The notes under the pieces: model-generated
Seen by the model: only the letters and a program-made list of their open reading frames with translations
Databases searched by the model: none
Told to the model about the DNA's origin: nothing
Origin: the human T2T-CHM13v2.0 reference genome, Homo sapiens
DNA: 64,000 nt
Direction: 5' to 3' (one strand)
NCBI RefSeq assembly: GCF_009914755.1
Contig: NC_060925.1
Translations under genes and position numbers: made by a program
Shown here: positions 1-14,706 of the stretch, in pieces
Layout of the letters: each line of letters starts with the position of its first letter
Numbering within the stretch: the stretch's first letter is position 1

Positions 1-880
1 TGCTTTTTAACTAGTATTTTTGTTTTATAGGTCCTGTGTGATTTATGCTTTAAAGGGGTTTGAGAACAAATGGTTTTAGTATTTGGTTTCATCCACACTT
101 TAAAGAACAAATAATTCCAAACTATAGGAAAAGTTGTCCTAATTTATTTTATACAGCTAAGACAGAAACTTGATATAGTATAAAAGGAAAAATATAGCCT
201 AATTGCATTTATGAATATGAAAATAAAAATTCTGATAGAATATCAGCAAATAAAATACAGTAATGCATCAAAAGAAATATACTATGACCAAGGAACTTTT
301 ATTCTAGAAATGCCAGGTGGTCCTAGTATAAGGAAATCTATATGAAATTGATTATGACAACAGATTAAAATAGAAAATCCATGTGGTCACATTTATAGAT
401 ATTGAAAAAGCACTTAATAATGTTCAGTAGCCAGTTTTCAAAAGAATTCTAAATAAGATAAGAATAAGAATCAACTGAAATATGTTACAAGCTGATTACA
501 AAGTTTCATTGGCCAATATCATTCTAAATAGCCAATAGCTAAAGCATTTCAATTATTCTCAGAAACTAAGCAAGAATGTCAGCTCTGCCATTTTTCTTGA
601 ACAGTATCTTTCTTGGAAGTATTAGCAAATGCAATTAGACAAAAAAGTAAAACAATTGGCATAATTATTAATAAAAAAATTCTCTTGCTAATGATATAAT
701 TTTATGTCAAGAAAAACAATTTAGCAAAATGACTAGATGTAAGATAAATATACAAAAATCAATAGTTTTTCTTTATGCTGTTTGTCACGTAGAGGAAAAA
801 GTGACTTAAAAATACTTTCATAATAGTGACAAAAACTATTGGTGTAAAATTTATGTGAATATAATAGTGAAAGCATGCTA

Positions 881-1271
<391 letters not shown>

Positions 1272-1530
1272 TTATGGATGAGAAGACAATATTATAAAAA
1301 TTAATTTCTCTTCAAATTATTATGCATTGTGTAAAGTTAATGGAATTTCTATTAGAATGTTGGCAGAATTTTCTTCACCTTAAATATGACTAAAATTATC
1401 TTAAAGTTCATTTGGAAAAATAACAAAGAGGAAGTTGTAAACACAAAGGACTTGTTTATACCAACTATTCAAACATACTTAAAAGCTACTGTAATGAAAT
1501 CAATTGTATTGGCGTAAGAATAAGCAAATA

Positions 1531-1826
1531 CAGTTGTCCCTCGATATCCACTAAGGATTAGTTCCAGGAACTCTGAGGCTACCAAAACTCATGGATAATC
1601 AAGTCCCTGACATAAAATGGTAAGGCATTTACATATAACCTACACACATCCTTCCTTGTAATTTAAATCATCTTTAGATTGCTTATAATACCTAATACAA
1701 TATAAACATTATGTAAATAGTTGTTATATTATATTGGTTTTTTAATTTGTATTATTTTTTCTTGTTACAGTGGTTTTTTTTTTCAAATATTTTCAGTCCG
1801 TGATTGGTTGAATGGAAGGCTGAGTG
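1531..1826 (+). mobile_element. MER2 (TcMar-Tigger non-autonomous DNA transposon)
   Basis: TA|CAGTTGTCCCTCGATATCC left end; internal TTTAAATCATCTTTAGATTGCTTATAATACCTAATACAAT typical of MER2. Confidence 0.85.
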
Positions 1827-2049
1827 CAGATCTATTAAACAGAACACATGGTCTAGAAATAGACTTTATTTTGAAGTAAGAATTTAATGTATAACAAAGT
1901 TACTATGTCAACGATCATGAATTTTTTTTAAAAAAGAAGATTCTCAAGTTGTTAACATGAGTTATCATTGGAAGATTGGGTGGGAAAAATAGGACACACA
2001 GTCGAAATGGGAAAAAAGACAGGGAGGGATAAGAAAAAGCAAATATAAC

Positions 2050-2706
2050 AATAATAGTAACAACTAACACTTACTTAGCCCATACTAGGTCTCAGATGCT
2101 GTTTATATATGTATATACCAAAGATACCAAAATCTGAGAATGCTCAAGTCTCTTACATAAAATGATGAAGTGTTTGCATATAATTTACACACATCCTTCA
2201 GTATACTTTACACAATCTCTAGATTACTTATAATACCTAATATAATGCATACACATAACTTCCTGTGAATTCAACATAGTACTCTCTATGTGGTAAATTC
2301 AAGTTTTGTTTTTCCCCATATATTTTCAGTCTGAGGTTGGTTGAATTCACAGATGTGGAGCTCACAGATACAGAGGGTTGACTGGATTCTCTCTACATGT
2401 ACTCTGTATATTACGTACCTATATATGAGCACACACACACACATATATATATATATGTATTTTGTATACACACACACACATAGTATGTGAATATTCCCCC
2501 CTTCTCTCCGTAGACATACATAAAAATTGATCTAATTCCTGTAGCAAACCAATAGGATAGATACTGTCACTAACCCAATTTTGCCAGATGCTGTAACAGG
2601 AGCACAGAGAGCAAAGTTGCCTGGATTTGCACAGCTAATGAGTGGTAGACTAAGGATTCCAAACTAGACTGTCTCATTCCAGAGTCTGTGCTTTTAACTA
2701 CTATAA
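2050..2706 (-). mobile_element. MIR split by a MER2B fragment and a (CA)/(TA) microsatellite
   Basis: MIR-like AATAATAGTAACAACTAACACTTAC at ~2050; CCCAATTTTGCCAGATG...CACAGCTAATGAGTGGTAGACTAAGGATTCCAAAC...CCAGAGTCTGTGCTTTTAACTACTATA at 2570-2706. Confidence 0.65.
2122..2384 (+). mobile_element. MER2B-like DNA transposon fragment
   Basis: GATACCAAAATCTGAGAATGCTCAAGTC... ending GATACAGAGGGTTGACTG (MER2-type right TIR). Confidence 0.8.
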
Positions 2707-2725
2707 CACACTGGCTCCTAAAAAA

Positions 2726-2856
2726 GCAGGGGCTTGGGGAGGGTTTGCCTAAATGACAGAAAGTATGATAAGGTCCTGTTCACTGGGGCATGACCCTGAC
2801 AGTGAGTGCCTCCTTAAATTTTGTGCCTAGGCACCCTGCTTGCCCACCCCAGACTC
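2726..2856. mobile_element. MER91-like hAT DNA transposon fragment
   Basis: GTGAGTGCCTCCTTAAATTTTGTGCCTAGGCACCCTGCTTGCCCACCCC resembles the recalled MER91 core. Confidence 0.5.
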
Positions 2857-3129
2857 AGTTATTACATTTACATAAACACTTATATATGCATATGTGCAAA
2901 AGGAATTACCAAAAAAGATAGAATTAGATCTGTATTCATGCACCTGTAGAAATACACATGATGTTGACAAATGAAAAGGGCAAGTTATAGCATAATAATT
3001 CTATTTCAGTGAGAACAGATACATGCAACAAAATGTTAAATGAGGTGCTTTGTCGCATACTTTCAAATGATAGATATTAGAGGACAAGAACCAGTTAGGT
3101 AACAAATTCACAAGGAAGATATTTTTTAA

Positions 3130-4316
3130 AGTTATAGAACTCATAGAAGGGGAATATTTAAGTTATTTCTTTGGAGAAGGCTGCTGTCTCTGTGAGTCCC
3201 ACCTCCCCATTTCAAGGGGAGGACATGAAAGTGTCACTTTGTCTTCATCACTCCTAAAGAAAGGCAGCTTCAACAGCCCTCAGGGAGCCTGAATATCTGC
3301 CCATGGAGATAGAGAGGCACATTGGACTGGCCCAACAGACACCTGAGCAGATTGGCTGCATCGCATAGGGACAGGGAACACCATTCCCATAATATATTAT
3401 GTGAGTAGTGCCTCTCTACTTGAGACCTTGGCCATCTGCCTGAAGGAGATAGGAGAGAAAAACAGACACACACAGAAAGAGAGAGAAAGAAAGAGACTGA
3501 GAAGAGAGATCCTGAGTTGGGAAGTAACTGCATTCCCCTATAACAAAGACAAGGGTACTACAAGAAACCCAGGGATTTCTTGGGTTTGAAGCCTGCAAGG
3601 AGAATATCAGCCTGGAATTTTTAAAACAGGAAACCTGTCCAAGAGTGTATTTCTGAACTGAGTGGTCCTTGTTGCAAACAATCTGTGTGATGGATGGCTA
3701 GCAAACTTACCTGAGGGGGAACTGGGAACAGCCAGCCCGGGACGGAGGCCATGGGGCTCACAGTCCAAGGCAGCAGGGAGGCCTCGGATGAACCTACAGA
3801 CATGCACAGGAAAGAAGCCACTTTCAACACCCGCCAGAGCAAGGGAACACATAGCTGTCTCACAACAGCACCAGCCAAGTTAAGAACTTTGCCCTCCTGA
3901 CTCCCACCCTAGAAGGGTCAGTAGCAGCAGCTAGGAGTGGAGGGAGGAATGGAGAAGGAATGAGAAGAAGTGCCATCGCCCCCTCCTCCTGAGGACAGAC
4001 ATCCCACCCACAGGCTGGAGGGAAGGCGGGGGTGATAAATGGAATGAGTAGAAATCTGAATGTTGAATGAAAATGTATTAAATAGGATATTCTCATTTTT
4101 GAATAGAAGCTGAGTTTTTCTATGAAAAATGACTAAGACTTTCTATTTCTATGTGAGACAAGCACAGCCCTGCAGCCTGCTGGAGTCTGCATCCAGACAG
4201 TGGTAGGGGACAAAATTCCCTCACTGAACATATTGGGAAGGGACAGTGGGATACTAAAATGAATACACTTGGACTATATCCCACAGGTCATGCTTGCACA
4301 GCATATCAGTTGCACA
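3130..4316 (+). mobile_element. Ancient solo LTR (LTR78-like)
   Basis: 3' end ...CCCTCACTGAACATATTGGGAAGGGACAGTGGGATACTAAAATGAA...GTCATGCTTGCACAGCATATCAGTTGCACA resembles the recalled LTR78 end. Boundaries approximate. Confidence 0.45.
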
Positions 4317-4779
4317 AGCAGGACCCTGCCCTGTTCATCTCCCTTAAGATGTGCCTATGTCCATGTGTTGTGTAAACAAGGAGAGAGGTGGGCAGATATA
4401 CGAAAAGCTGGTAAAATCAGTTACCTTAGTGGGTGGTGGGACAGGAGCACCTGAGAGCAGGGTGCTGGGTGTGGGTGGAGAGCTCCAAGCAGAGAGCAAA
4501 AGGTGGGTGAGCTCTTCAGAAGACACACTGAAACCGTGTCACAGTTTTGCCCAGGTTCCTGTCAGTATTTCTGGAACCGCTGATAGCCCTAAAGGCTTGC
4601 AGGAGAGCTGGGGTCCTGACATTTGCCCAACAGCTCCCCAGTCTCTGTTGTCAGCCTCAGCCCAATACAAAGACTACTGGGTACACAGGGCCTCAGCCCT
4701 TGTCGGGTAGAATGAGATGATACCGGGTCATGGCCATATTGCACATCCAGTCTTCCTGTCTGTAATCCTGGTAAGGGCA

Positions 4780-5560
4780 GACCAAAAAAGTCTCTAAATG
4801 TCCTCTTGCGCCCCTCAGCACTTTGATTGCTAACGTAGACAGCACTTTCCATATTTTATTAAAATGTTGTGTTTTTATGTCTGTTTCTTAGAAACAGAAA
4901 GCAAGTCCCTTAAGGTAAGGACCAATTCATATGCATCTTTGCATACTCAGTAGTTAGCTTGCAGGTACTAATAAATGTTATTTGTACTGGACTATACACA
5001 TACAGGTTCCTTGTTGAAAGATTCTTAACTCACTCAGTGACAGACAACAGTGACGATCATTGTTTGTGGCTGAACTTTCTGGAACAAGTAACAAGAACAT
5101 AGTGCTTTGCTCTTCCATGAAGTCAGAATATCCCAGGGCCATGTGGGCATTTGCCTAGTGCCTGTGCTGTTTATTTTGGGTTGTCTCTCCTTTCCACTGG
5201 AATATAAGTCTAATAACATTGCCTGATTTGTCTACCACTATCCCTAGTACTCAGAATACTGTATAACGGAGTTGAATGAATGAACAAAAGAAAGGATCCA
5301 TTCTTTCAGGTGAATGGTTTGTTCATTGCTAGCCCTGGTTACCAGGGCCTGTGTAAGGTGTTGGGGATTCAGGAAGAGATAAGATGTAATCCAATCCATA
5401 GCCTCAAAAATCTCACCTTCTGGGGTAGGAAAAAAAGATGGAGACAGACAGCTAAACAAATAATTCAAATAATTATGGAACTGCGTAGAGTCTTCTGACA
5501 GTAGAGGCTTTAAGAAAGAGGGATGTAAGCATCTTTGTCTCCAGGGTGGCAGGGCACACA
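4780..5560. mobile_element. L2 3'-end fragments in both orientations
   Basis: L2 tail motifs GTACTAATAAATGTTATTTG and TTGAATGAATGAA, plus antisense GGGCCTGTGTAAGGTGTTGGGGATTCAG...CCATAGCCTCAAAAATCTCACCTTCTGG. Confidence 0.55.
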
Positions 5561-5989
5561 GGGAAGGAGAGGTCTCAGGTAGGCTGCAGCATGGTGGCTG
5601 ACTGATAAATCCTGCCTCATTTCCTCCAGTTCTATGCCCAGGGCCATGCAGATTTGAGGGCCTGCTCTGGACAGAGGTGGCAGCTCTGTGCTGTGATTTG
5701 AGCGTGCTACCAGAATCCAAAGCATCTCACTTCTGGACTGCCACACAGCCACAGATTCCTGCCATCCTTGCTCATTTCTGTGGTCAAGACAAGAAAACTC
5801 TGTTGCAACAGTCATTCCATCTGAGAAGGCAGATAGAACAGAGGCAAATTCTGCAGAATTGGAAACCCAAACCAATCAACATGTTGGTAGTTTCTGAGGA
5901 AAGTTCAATGCTAAAACTCTCAAATCCATAGCTGCACTATTCTCCTTATTCTTCGTCAGTCAAACAATAAAGGAATATATATTTATTTG

Positions 5990-7150
5990 TATATGTAATA
6001 CATATATTTTAATCTTCGTGCTTGGTTGATAGTTTGGCTAATATACATGGAAATGATTTTCCTCCAAATTTTGAAAGCACTGCTTTACTGTCTTACAGCT
6101 CCTGGTGTTTTCATTGAGATTTCCAATTTCCAGTGTTTTGAATGTGGCCAAGTTATCTCCTCCCATCCTGGAAATGTATAAGTTCTTCTGTCTCCAGTGT
6201 TTTGAAATGTGACACAAATACCCCTTGATGAGTGTTCACTTTCATTCATTTTTCTGGGCACTTGGTGGCCCCTTTGAATCCAAAATGTATATTTCCATCT
6301 CTCTTTTTCTCCATCTTCCATGATATTTCCACAAGTAGATCTTCCAGTCTTTTTATTGAGTTTTTAATTTCTGCTACCATTTACTTTGGTTTGTTGTTTT
6401 AATTCTCAGAGCTTTTTGTTTCCTGAGTGCTCTTTCTTTTACTTTATTTATATTTTTTAAAGTTTTTTGCGAATCTTGTTTTTACTTCAGTTTCAATATA
6501 TTCTCTACTATCTCTCAGGATACTAAAGATAATTTTTTGAAGATTTTTCCCACTCTGAAGTCTGTCTCTTTCAAGTTATATGGTATGTGTTTCCTTGGTT
6601 TCACACTTATTCATGGCTTGTAATACAAGTTTTCCTTGGGCATCTGGTACTCGTTGGCTGTGTGCTTGCATTTAAGAACAAGGACTACAAGTCTGATTGG
6701 AAACTTTGGGCACATAGTGAGCATACCCTCAGTGGGTTCACTCCTTCCCTCCAGGGTGTTCTGGCAGAGTCATTTCATTAGGAAAGACACTTCATTGGGG
6801 AAAAAAACCTTTAGCGTTCTGCTAGCGTTGAAGAGGGCAGGTATGTGACTGAACAAAAAGTTGCAAAAGGTTTGTAGGACTTTAATTGCTTCTTAATTGG
6901 TGCTTAACCAATATACCTTACATTAGCATCTCATGTTAACCACACTACCAGGAGTGCTTGGAATCAATTCTCACACTTTAATCTATGCTGGGTTATTTTC
7001 TCAACTTTTCCCATTATTGGTTTAAGAATTAGCCTTTTCTAGATCAGCAAACCCTTTACCCATCATCCTTCCAGCTTCCAAAATTTTGTTGCCATTGCCT
7101 TCTCTACAGTACTCTCTCTCCTTTCAGAGAATTATGCTTATTTATAATTC
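5990..7150 (-). mobile_element. Old L1ME antisense fragment (ORF1/5' region)
   Basis: T-rich. The minus ORF 6085-6321 has ORF1-like motifs (IQRGHQVPRKMNE...SRGICVTFQNTGD). Confidence 0.6.
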
Positions 7151-7169
7151 CAGACTCTTACTTTCCAAC

Positions 7170-7677
7170 TATAATTGGCAGAAGAATGACCCCCTAAAGA
7201 TGTGCATATCCCAGTCCCTAGAACCTGTGAATTCACAAGTTACATGGCAAAGGGAACTATGGTTGCAGATGGAATTAACTTTGCTACTCAGCTCCCCTTA
7301 AAATAGGGAGATTATCCCGGGTTGTCCAAGTGGCCCCAGTGTAATTGCAAGGGGCCCAAAAAGTGGAAGAGAGAGGCAGAAGAGGGGGCCAATGTGGTGC
7401 AATGTCAGAAGGAATCAACCTGCTATCGCTGGCTTTGAAGGTGGAGAAAGGGAGTCCACAAAGGGTGGGAGCAGCCTCTAAAAGCTGGAAAATACAAGAA
7501 AAGGGATTCTACTCAGAGCCTCCAGAAACAAATGCAGCCCAGCTGACACCTTTAGGTTAATCCAGTAAGACCCACGTTGAACTTCTAACCCACAGAACTG
7601 TAAGAATAAATTTGGGTTGTTGGTGTTTGCTCCACTCTTTGTGGTAATTTGTACAGAAGCAATAGCAAACTAATACA
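7170..7677 (+). mobile_element. MLT1D-like MaLR solo LTR
   Basis: GGCAGAAGAATGACCCCCTAAAGATGTG...AGAACTGTAAGAATAAATTTG...GCAATAGCAAACTAATACA terminus. Confidence 0.85.
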
Positions 7678-7689
7678 CAAACCATGAAA

Positions 7690-9330
7690 AATTAATTTAC
7701 CCTCCATCTGTAAATAGCTAGAAACTGAACACAATATATGAAACAACTGTTTTTAGATGTTGGCAATGGCAGCATAGGGCTGTGATCCTCAAAACATGGT
7801 ACACAAACAAAGTGAGCCCTGTGAGTGTCCCCACTTTTTGTCTGGAGACAATTTATAGGCTTCAGTGCACAGAAGGAAACTCAACAGAGCCCAGTAGTTT
7901 CACAAAGGTGAAAAGTCAGAGATCTTAGTTTAGGGAGGCCAAGGAGACTAGAATTTCTAGGACTGAGTACTAGAGAGTTCAGGAGCTACACAGAGAAAGA
8001 GTCTAGGAATCAGCATGGGGATCCCTTTTAGTGTTTTTAAGAATATCAATCTGCACATAAATAGGGTTAAATCCCATTACACCCTGCCAAATCAACTTTT
8101 GGAGAAAAATAATTTCTGGGAAGCTGTAACTGAACAATTCCCAGAGCTCATACAGGAATCACACAGGCAATAATCATCATTAAGTTCCCATAAGGAGGGA
8201 GACCTAAGAAGACACAAGACTCTGAAAATAAAATTCTTTAGTAGTGGGACTAAACTAGTCCTGGAATAAAAAATTTTCTAGACCTACTCAAAAACAAAAA
8301 CTTAAAAATAAAACTCAAAATGATCCAATACTTTCTTACCTACAGGGTAGAACTAAGTCCAAAACCTTTAAAAGAATATTATACACAAGCATAAAACTCA
8401 TAGGCACAGCATTCAATAACAATAATTAGACATGTGAGGAAGCAGGAATGTGCAATCCAAAACCAGGGGAAATGATCAGTCGATAGAGATATATCCAGAA
8501 ATAAAAGAGAGGATGGAAATAGCAAGACTAAACTTTGTTATTTATATGTTTTACATACATAAAAGAAGGTTTAGAAAAACCATAAGCATATTGAAGACAG
8601 AAATTAAAGATGTTAAAAAGTAAAAACCAGATTGAATTTTTAGAGTTGAAAAATAGAGTGTCTGAAATAAAAAAATTCACTGCCAAAATTAACAGAAGAT
8701 TAGATACGGTAGAAGAAAAGATTAGTGGACTTGAAGTAATAACAATAGAAAACCACCCAATGAAACATGCAGAGAAAAAAAAAACTGAAAGCAATGAACA
8801 AATTATCAGTGACATAGGAAAATTAGTATAACATACAAGTAATTCAAGTCCCATTCAGAGAGGAGTAGGAAGGAACGGAAAAAAATGCCAAAAAAATTTC
8901 AAATTGATGAGTTATAAGCCCACAGATTCAAGAAGAGCAAGAAAACTCAAGCAAGATAAACACAAAGAAAACCACACAGAGACACACCATAATCAAGTGG
9001 CTGAAAACCTGTGATAAAGGGAAAACGTTAAAACCAACCAGAGAAAAAAGATACATTATGTACTAAGCAATAAAGGTAAGAATGACTACAGACATTTTTG
9101 TCAAAAATTGTGCAAATCAGAAGACAATGAGAAAACATGTGTAGAGTGATTAAGGAAAATATTGTCAAATAGAATTCTCTTCTCAGAAAAAACTTGTAAA
9201 AGTGCAGGTGGAATCAAAATTTTTCAGATGATAAACAAAATCTGCACTATTTCTTTGCCAACAGACTCACTACAAGAAATGTAAAAGGGTCTGTTCAAAT
9301 GTAAAAGGAAGTTCTTCAAGCTGAAAAAAA
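7690..9330 (+). mobile_element. Old L1M (L1MD/ME) 5' region and ORF1 remnant
   Basis: ORF 8610-8831 (NQIEFLELKNRVSEIKKFTAKINRRLDTVEEKISGLE) matches the L1 ORF1p coiled coil. Downstream ORF1 motifs CAGATTCAAGAAGAGCAAG...ACCACACAGAGACACACCATAATCAAG. Confidence 0.85.
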
Positions 9331-9489
9331 TACTTATCAGCTTGAAGAAAATATTTATCCAAATATTATTGTGTTGGGATCAACACAAAAGAGAGTAGGA
9401 AGGATGCCTTAAAATCTGGACTGAGAAAACATTGGAAGGTGGTAAACATGTTCATTACTTTGATTATGATGATGGATATAATCATACTA

Positions 9490-10525
<1,036 letters not shown>

Positions 10526-10809
10526 AGGGAGGTTACAAAGAGATAAACTTGTTGTTTTTTTTTAAAAAAAAACCTCTCTATTGTCTGTTTAGTCAGATTT
10601 ATGGAGGGAATGAAATTATATGTGTGTTTTCAATCTATCATCTTGACTAACAAGTTTTTGGTAATTTTTGAAGCATCCCTACAGGGCTTGGCTGCATGTC
10701 ACGTACTCAAGAACTTACATAACAGCTAATATTTTTATACTACTTCATAATTTACAAGGAATTTCACACATATCATATCTCATTTTATCTTAAAAAAATA
10801 CCTCAAGAG

Positions 10810-11896
10810 ATCTGGCAATGATTTCTTGGATACGACACCAAACCAAAGGAAACAATAGTAAAAATAGATAAATTGGACTACACCAAATTAAAAACTTCTG
10901 TGCATCAAAGCACACAATCAATAGAATAAAAAGACAATCTATGGAATAGGAGAAAATATTTGCAAATCATATATCTGTTAAGGGGTTAATATCCAGAATA
11001 TACAAAACACTCCCACAACACAACAACAACAGAAAAATAATCCAACTAAAAAACGAGCAAAGGACTTGAATTGACATTTCTCCAAATAAGTTACACAAAT
11101 GGTTAATAAGCACACAAAAAGATGTTCAATATCACTAATAATTAGGACAATGTAAATCAAAGCCATAATGTTATCTCATACTCATTAGAATAGGTACTAT
11201 TTTAAAAAATAATAAAAAATAACAAAAATTAGTGTTGGTAAGGATGTAGAGAAATTGGAACCCTTGTGTGCTGTTGGTGGGAATATAGATGGTGCATCCT
11301 CTTAAAACAATATGGCAGTTTCTTAAAAAACTAAAAATAGAATCGCCACATGATCCAGACATTCTACTTCTGGGTATGCACGCAAAAGAATTGAAAGCAG
11401 GGACTCAAAGAGATATTTGCACACTCATGCTCATAATAGCATCATTCACAATAACCCAAAGGCAAAAGCAACCCAAGTGTACATGGACAAATGAGTGAAC
11501 AAACAAAAGGTGGATCGTCCATACAATCGAATATTATCTAACTTTCAAAAAGGAGGAAGTTCTCTCACAGGCCAACGTGGATGAAACTTCACTTACGTTA
11601 AGTGAAATAAGCCAGTCACAAAAGGGCAAATACTGTACGATTTCATTTAGGTGAGGTTCCTAGAGGAGTCCGATTTCTAGAGACGGAAAGAAGTGGTTGC
11701 CAGGGGCTGGGGCAGGGGAGAGATGGGGAGATGTTGCTGAATGGATACAGGGTTTCAGTTTGGGAAGATAAAAAGAATTTTGTGGATGGATGGTCGCATA
11801 ACATTGAGAATGTCCTTAACACTACTGAATTGTGCACTTAAAAATGGTTAGGATGGTAAATTCTATGTTATGTGTATTTTACTACAATTTTAAAAG
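10810..11896 (+). mobile_element. L1MB (MB3/4-like) 3' end, inserted into a MIR
   Basis: Typical L1MB 3'UTR ending CACTTAAAAATGGTTAGGATGGTAAATTCTATGTTATGTGTATTTTACTACAATTTTAAAA. MIR halves flank it at ~10720-10810 and ~11903-12050. Confidence 0.85.
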
Positions 11897-12961
11897 CACC
11901 ACGAGAGGCAGATCTTTATCTCCACTGTACAAATGAAAAAAACTGTGGTTCGGAGAGGTTAAAGAACTTGCTGAACGTCCCATACCAAACTGGTAGTGGG
12001 GCCTGAATATGAACCGAGATCTTCTTACCATGAACTCTGTGTCATTTCCACTTCCTATCAAGTTGGCTTTTTTTAAAAAAAAAGATTGATTGATTGCAGA
12101 ATGGCTGAGCTCTGGCATACCTTTCCCAGGCGTGCTAATCGCTAGCTTTGCCTTTCATTCTCTTCCTCCCACACTCTTCAAAACAGCCCCGAGTGAGCTC
12201 TCCGCACCCACTTGAAGAACATTCATGCAGTGATTCACTCTTCATCAACAACAAAGTGTCCTTCCAGGGGCCACAGACCACACTCAAAGCGTCTGGATTA
12301 GAGGTCCCCAAATCAGGAGGCTGAATCTAACGGTGGGTCTGGCCAGGCTAGTGGAGGAGAGGAGGCTCCCAGCCAGGGCAATTGCCCGTTTTCTCTGTCC
12401 CCTGAGTGCTACGTCTCGGTGGTTCTCTCTCCTTCCACGGATGTGTTGCAGGTGCCTTAGTAAAAGCCCTAAGGACTCGCCTCCTTGCCAGCGGGACTGT
12501 TCAGGTCCTGATTCAGAGCACCTCACCCTGTACCCCAGTGTCTAAATCCCACACTGACTTCCCGCCCTTCTGAGCAGTCCTGCCTGCTTCCCGGCGTCAC
12601 CCTGGATCTTCCTGATTCTGTTCTGCAGCCCCCACACTGTGCAAGCGGAGGCCAATCCCAGGTGCCCAGGCCTTTCACCCACACCCAAATGCTGCCTAGG
12701 TCTGGCCCGCGCCAGTTCTTTCTTGTCTAGAGGGAAGAAGCCATCTCCTGGCTCCCGGCTGGCGTTCCAGGAACAGCACCGGCTTTCCCCGTCCTCCTCT
12801 CCTGGGTCTTTCTGCCAGCATTTCCCACCTTGAGGATCTGGGAAAACGACAAGACACTTTTGCTCATAAAATGCTGAGGCCCTTTCTCCAGAACCCAGAC
12901 TCCCTTCCTGTGTCTTCAGTGACATCCACAAAATGCCCCTCCCTGCTCTGTGTCGGCCTAG

Positions 12962-14052
12962 GACACACACACACCAGACACACATATGTGCATGCACAGC
13001 CCCCCACATTACATCCATACCACACACAACACACGCATGACCCCCACACAAATATACAAATCACACACACACACACGCATACACACACGCATACACACAC
13101 ACCTCACACACATACAGCCACACCCCCTCCACACATAACTCATACATGCTAACTCCCCCCACACTGCACACATATACCACACACACATGCATACACACAC
13201 CTCACAACCCCACATATGCATACACGCACACACCCCACCATGTACATACACACAGCCCACAAACATACACACACCCCATCCACATACATACATCCCACTC
13301 ACATGTACATACACATGCACTCCACCCACATATATACACCTCACACACATACATCCACACACCATCCTCACATAAATACATCCACACCACACCCTCATAC
13401 ATGCTAACGTCCTCCACACTGCACACATATACCACACACACATGCATACACACACCTCATGACCCCACACATACGCATATATGCACATACTCCACACACA
13501 GCCCACATACATACACAAACACTCCATTCACATACATACATCCCACACACATGTACATACACTCCACCCACATACACACAGGCACCTCATACACATACAT
13601 ACATATACTCCCCATGAGTACAGACATGTACCTCATGCATATACACACACATGCATGGACCCCCCCACACTACATATATACATGCATACACATGCCCCAC
13701 ACATATGCACAACCCACATACCTGCATATACATACACCCCACCCACATACATACACACCTCATACACACACATACATGCACACACTCTATGCACACATTA
13801 TATATATGTACCCTGTGCATGCACCCCACATACTACCTGTGTGCGTGCATGCACACACCGCACACATCTACACACACCTACACACCCATACATACACAAT
13901 TCACACACATATATACATACATACCACATACACATACATAATGCATACAACCCACACCCATACACATATACCACACATGTGAGCACACACATACCGTGCA
14001 TGCATGCATACATGCACACAGCATGCTAAACACACACACTCACACACACACC
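12962..14052. repeat. Long degenerate (CA)/(CATA)/(CACC) low-complexity tract with an internal ~255-bp duplication
   Basis: About 1.1 kb of nearly G-free, CA-rich sequence; an identical 46-mer occurs at 13159 and 13414. Confidence 0.95.
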
Positions 14053-14691
14053 CTCCTCTCACTTCATCACCTGCCTGCTAGTTCCAGAACTTGCCACAGC
14101 CTGGAAAGGCTGACAAGCACTTGTACGTCAGACTTCTCTCCCCTTCTATCAGTCCCTTTGAGACTTCCTAGCATGAGGGCTCAGGCCTAACAACTAGCTT
14201 GTATTTCAAAAACACACCAGTCTCCACAGGAGAAAGAACATGAAACATTTTTATTACCGCAGCACCTATTTGGTAGGGGCGTGACACAACTTACAGCCAG
14301 CACCCAGCACGGGCCCTTATCACACAGCCTCAGAAGCCATTGCTGAGACAGCGCTGCCTTTTCCAGGCCACATCCTCCACTCAGAATTTGAGGCCTGAAT
14401 GATCATGCAAAGCTCCTTGAAGGAAGTCTGTTCCCTACCCAAAGGCCAGGGCCTGCAACCTACTGTGTCCTCAGACAGGAAATTGTTTTTCTGTCCCAAT
14501 GAATAAATAACAAACTCAACCTTCCTCCGAGCAATCAAAATTGATTAACTTTGGAATTGCAGAGGGGGCTAGGATGGCAAGCCCTGAAATTGCCCAGTCC
14601 TCCTGCTCCAGGGCCAGCATCAAGGACTAGGAGCTTCCAGAGGGTGCTGCTGCTGCTGCGGTCTCCTGGGAAAGGCTCTCAGCCCCCACTT

Positions 14692-14706
14692 CCAGCAGGG
14701 GGCAGC
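14692..14706 (+). promoter_or_regulatory. Candidate CTCF binding site
   Basis: CCAGCAGGGGGCAGC matches the CTCF core consensus. Binding is not shown. Confidence 0.5.

Noticed and set aside
13146-13982. 278-aa His/Thr/Pro-rich ORF and overlapping Cys/Val-rich minus ORFs
   Set aside because: By-product of the CA-rich tract, which rarely forms stop codons. Several frames on both strands are open and there is no protein-like composition.
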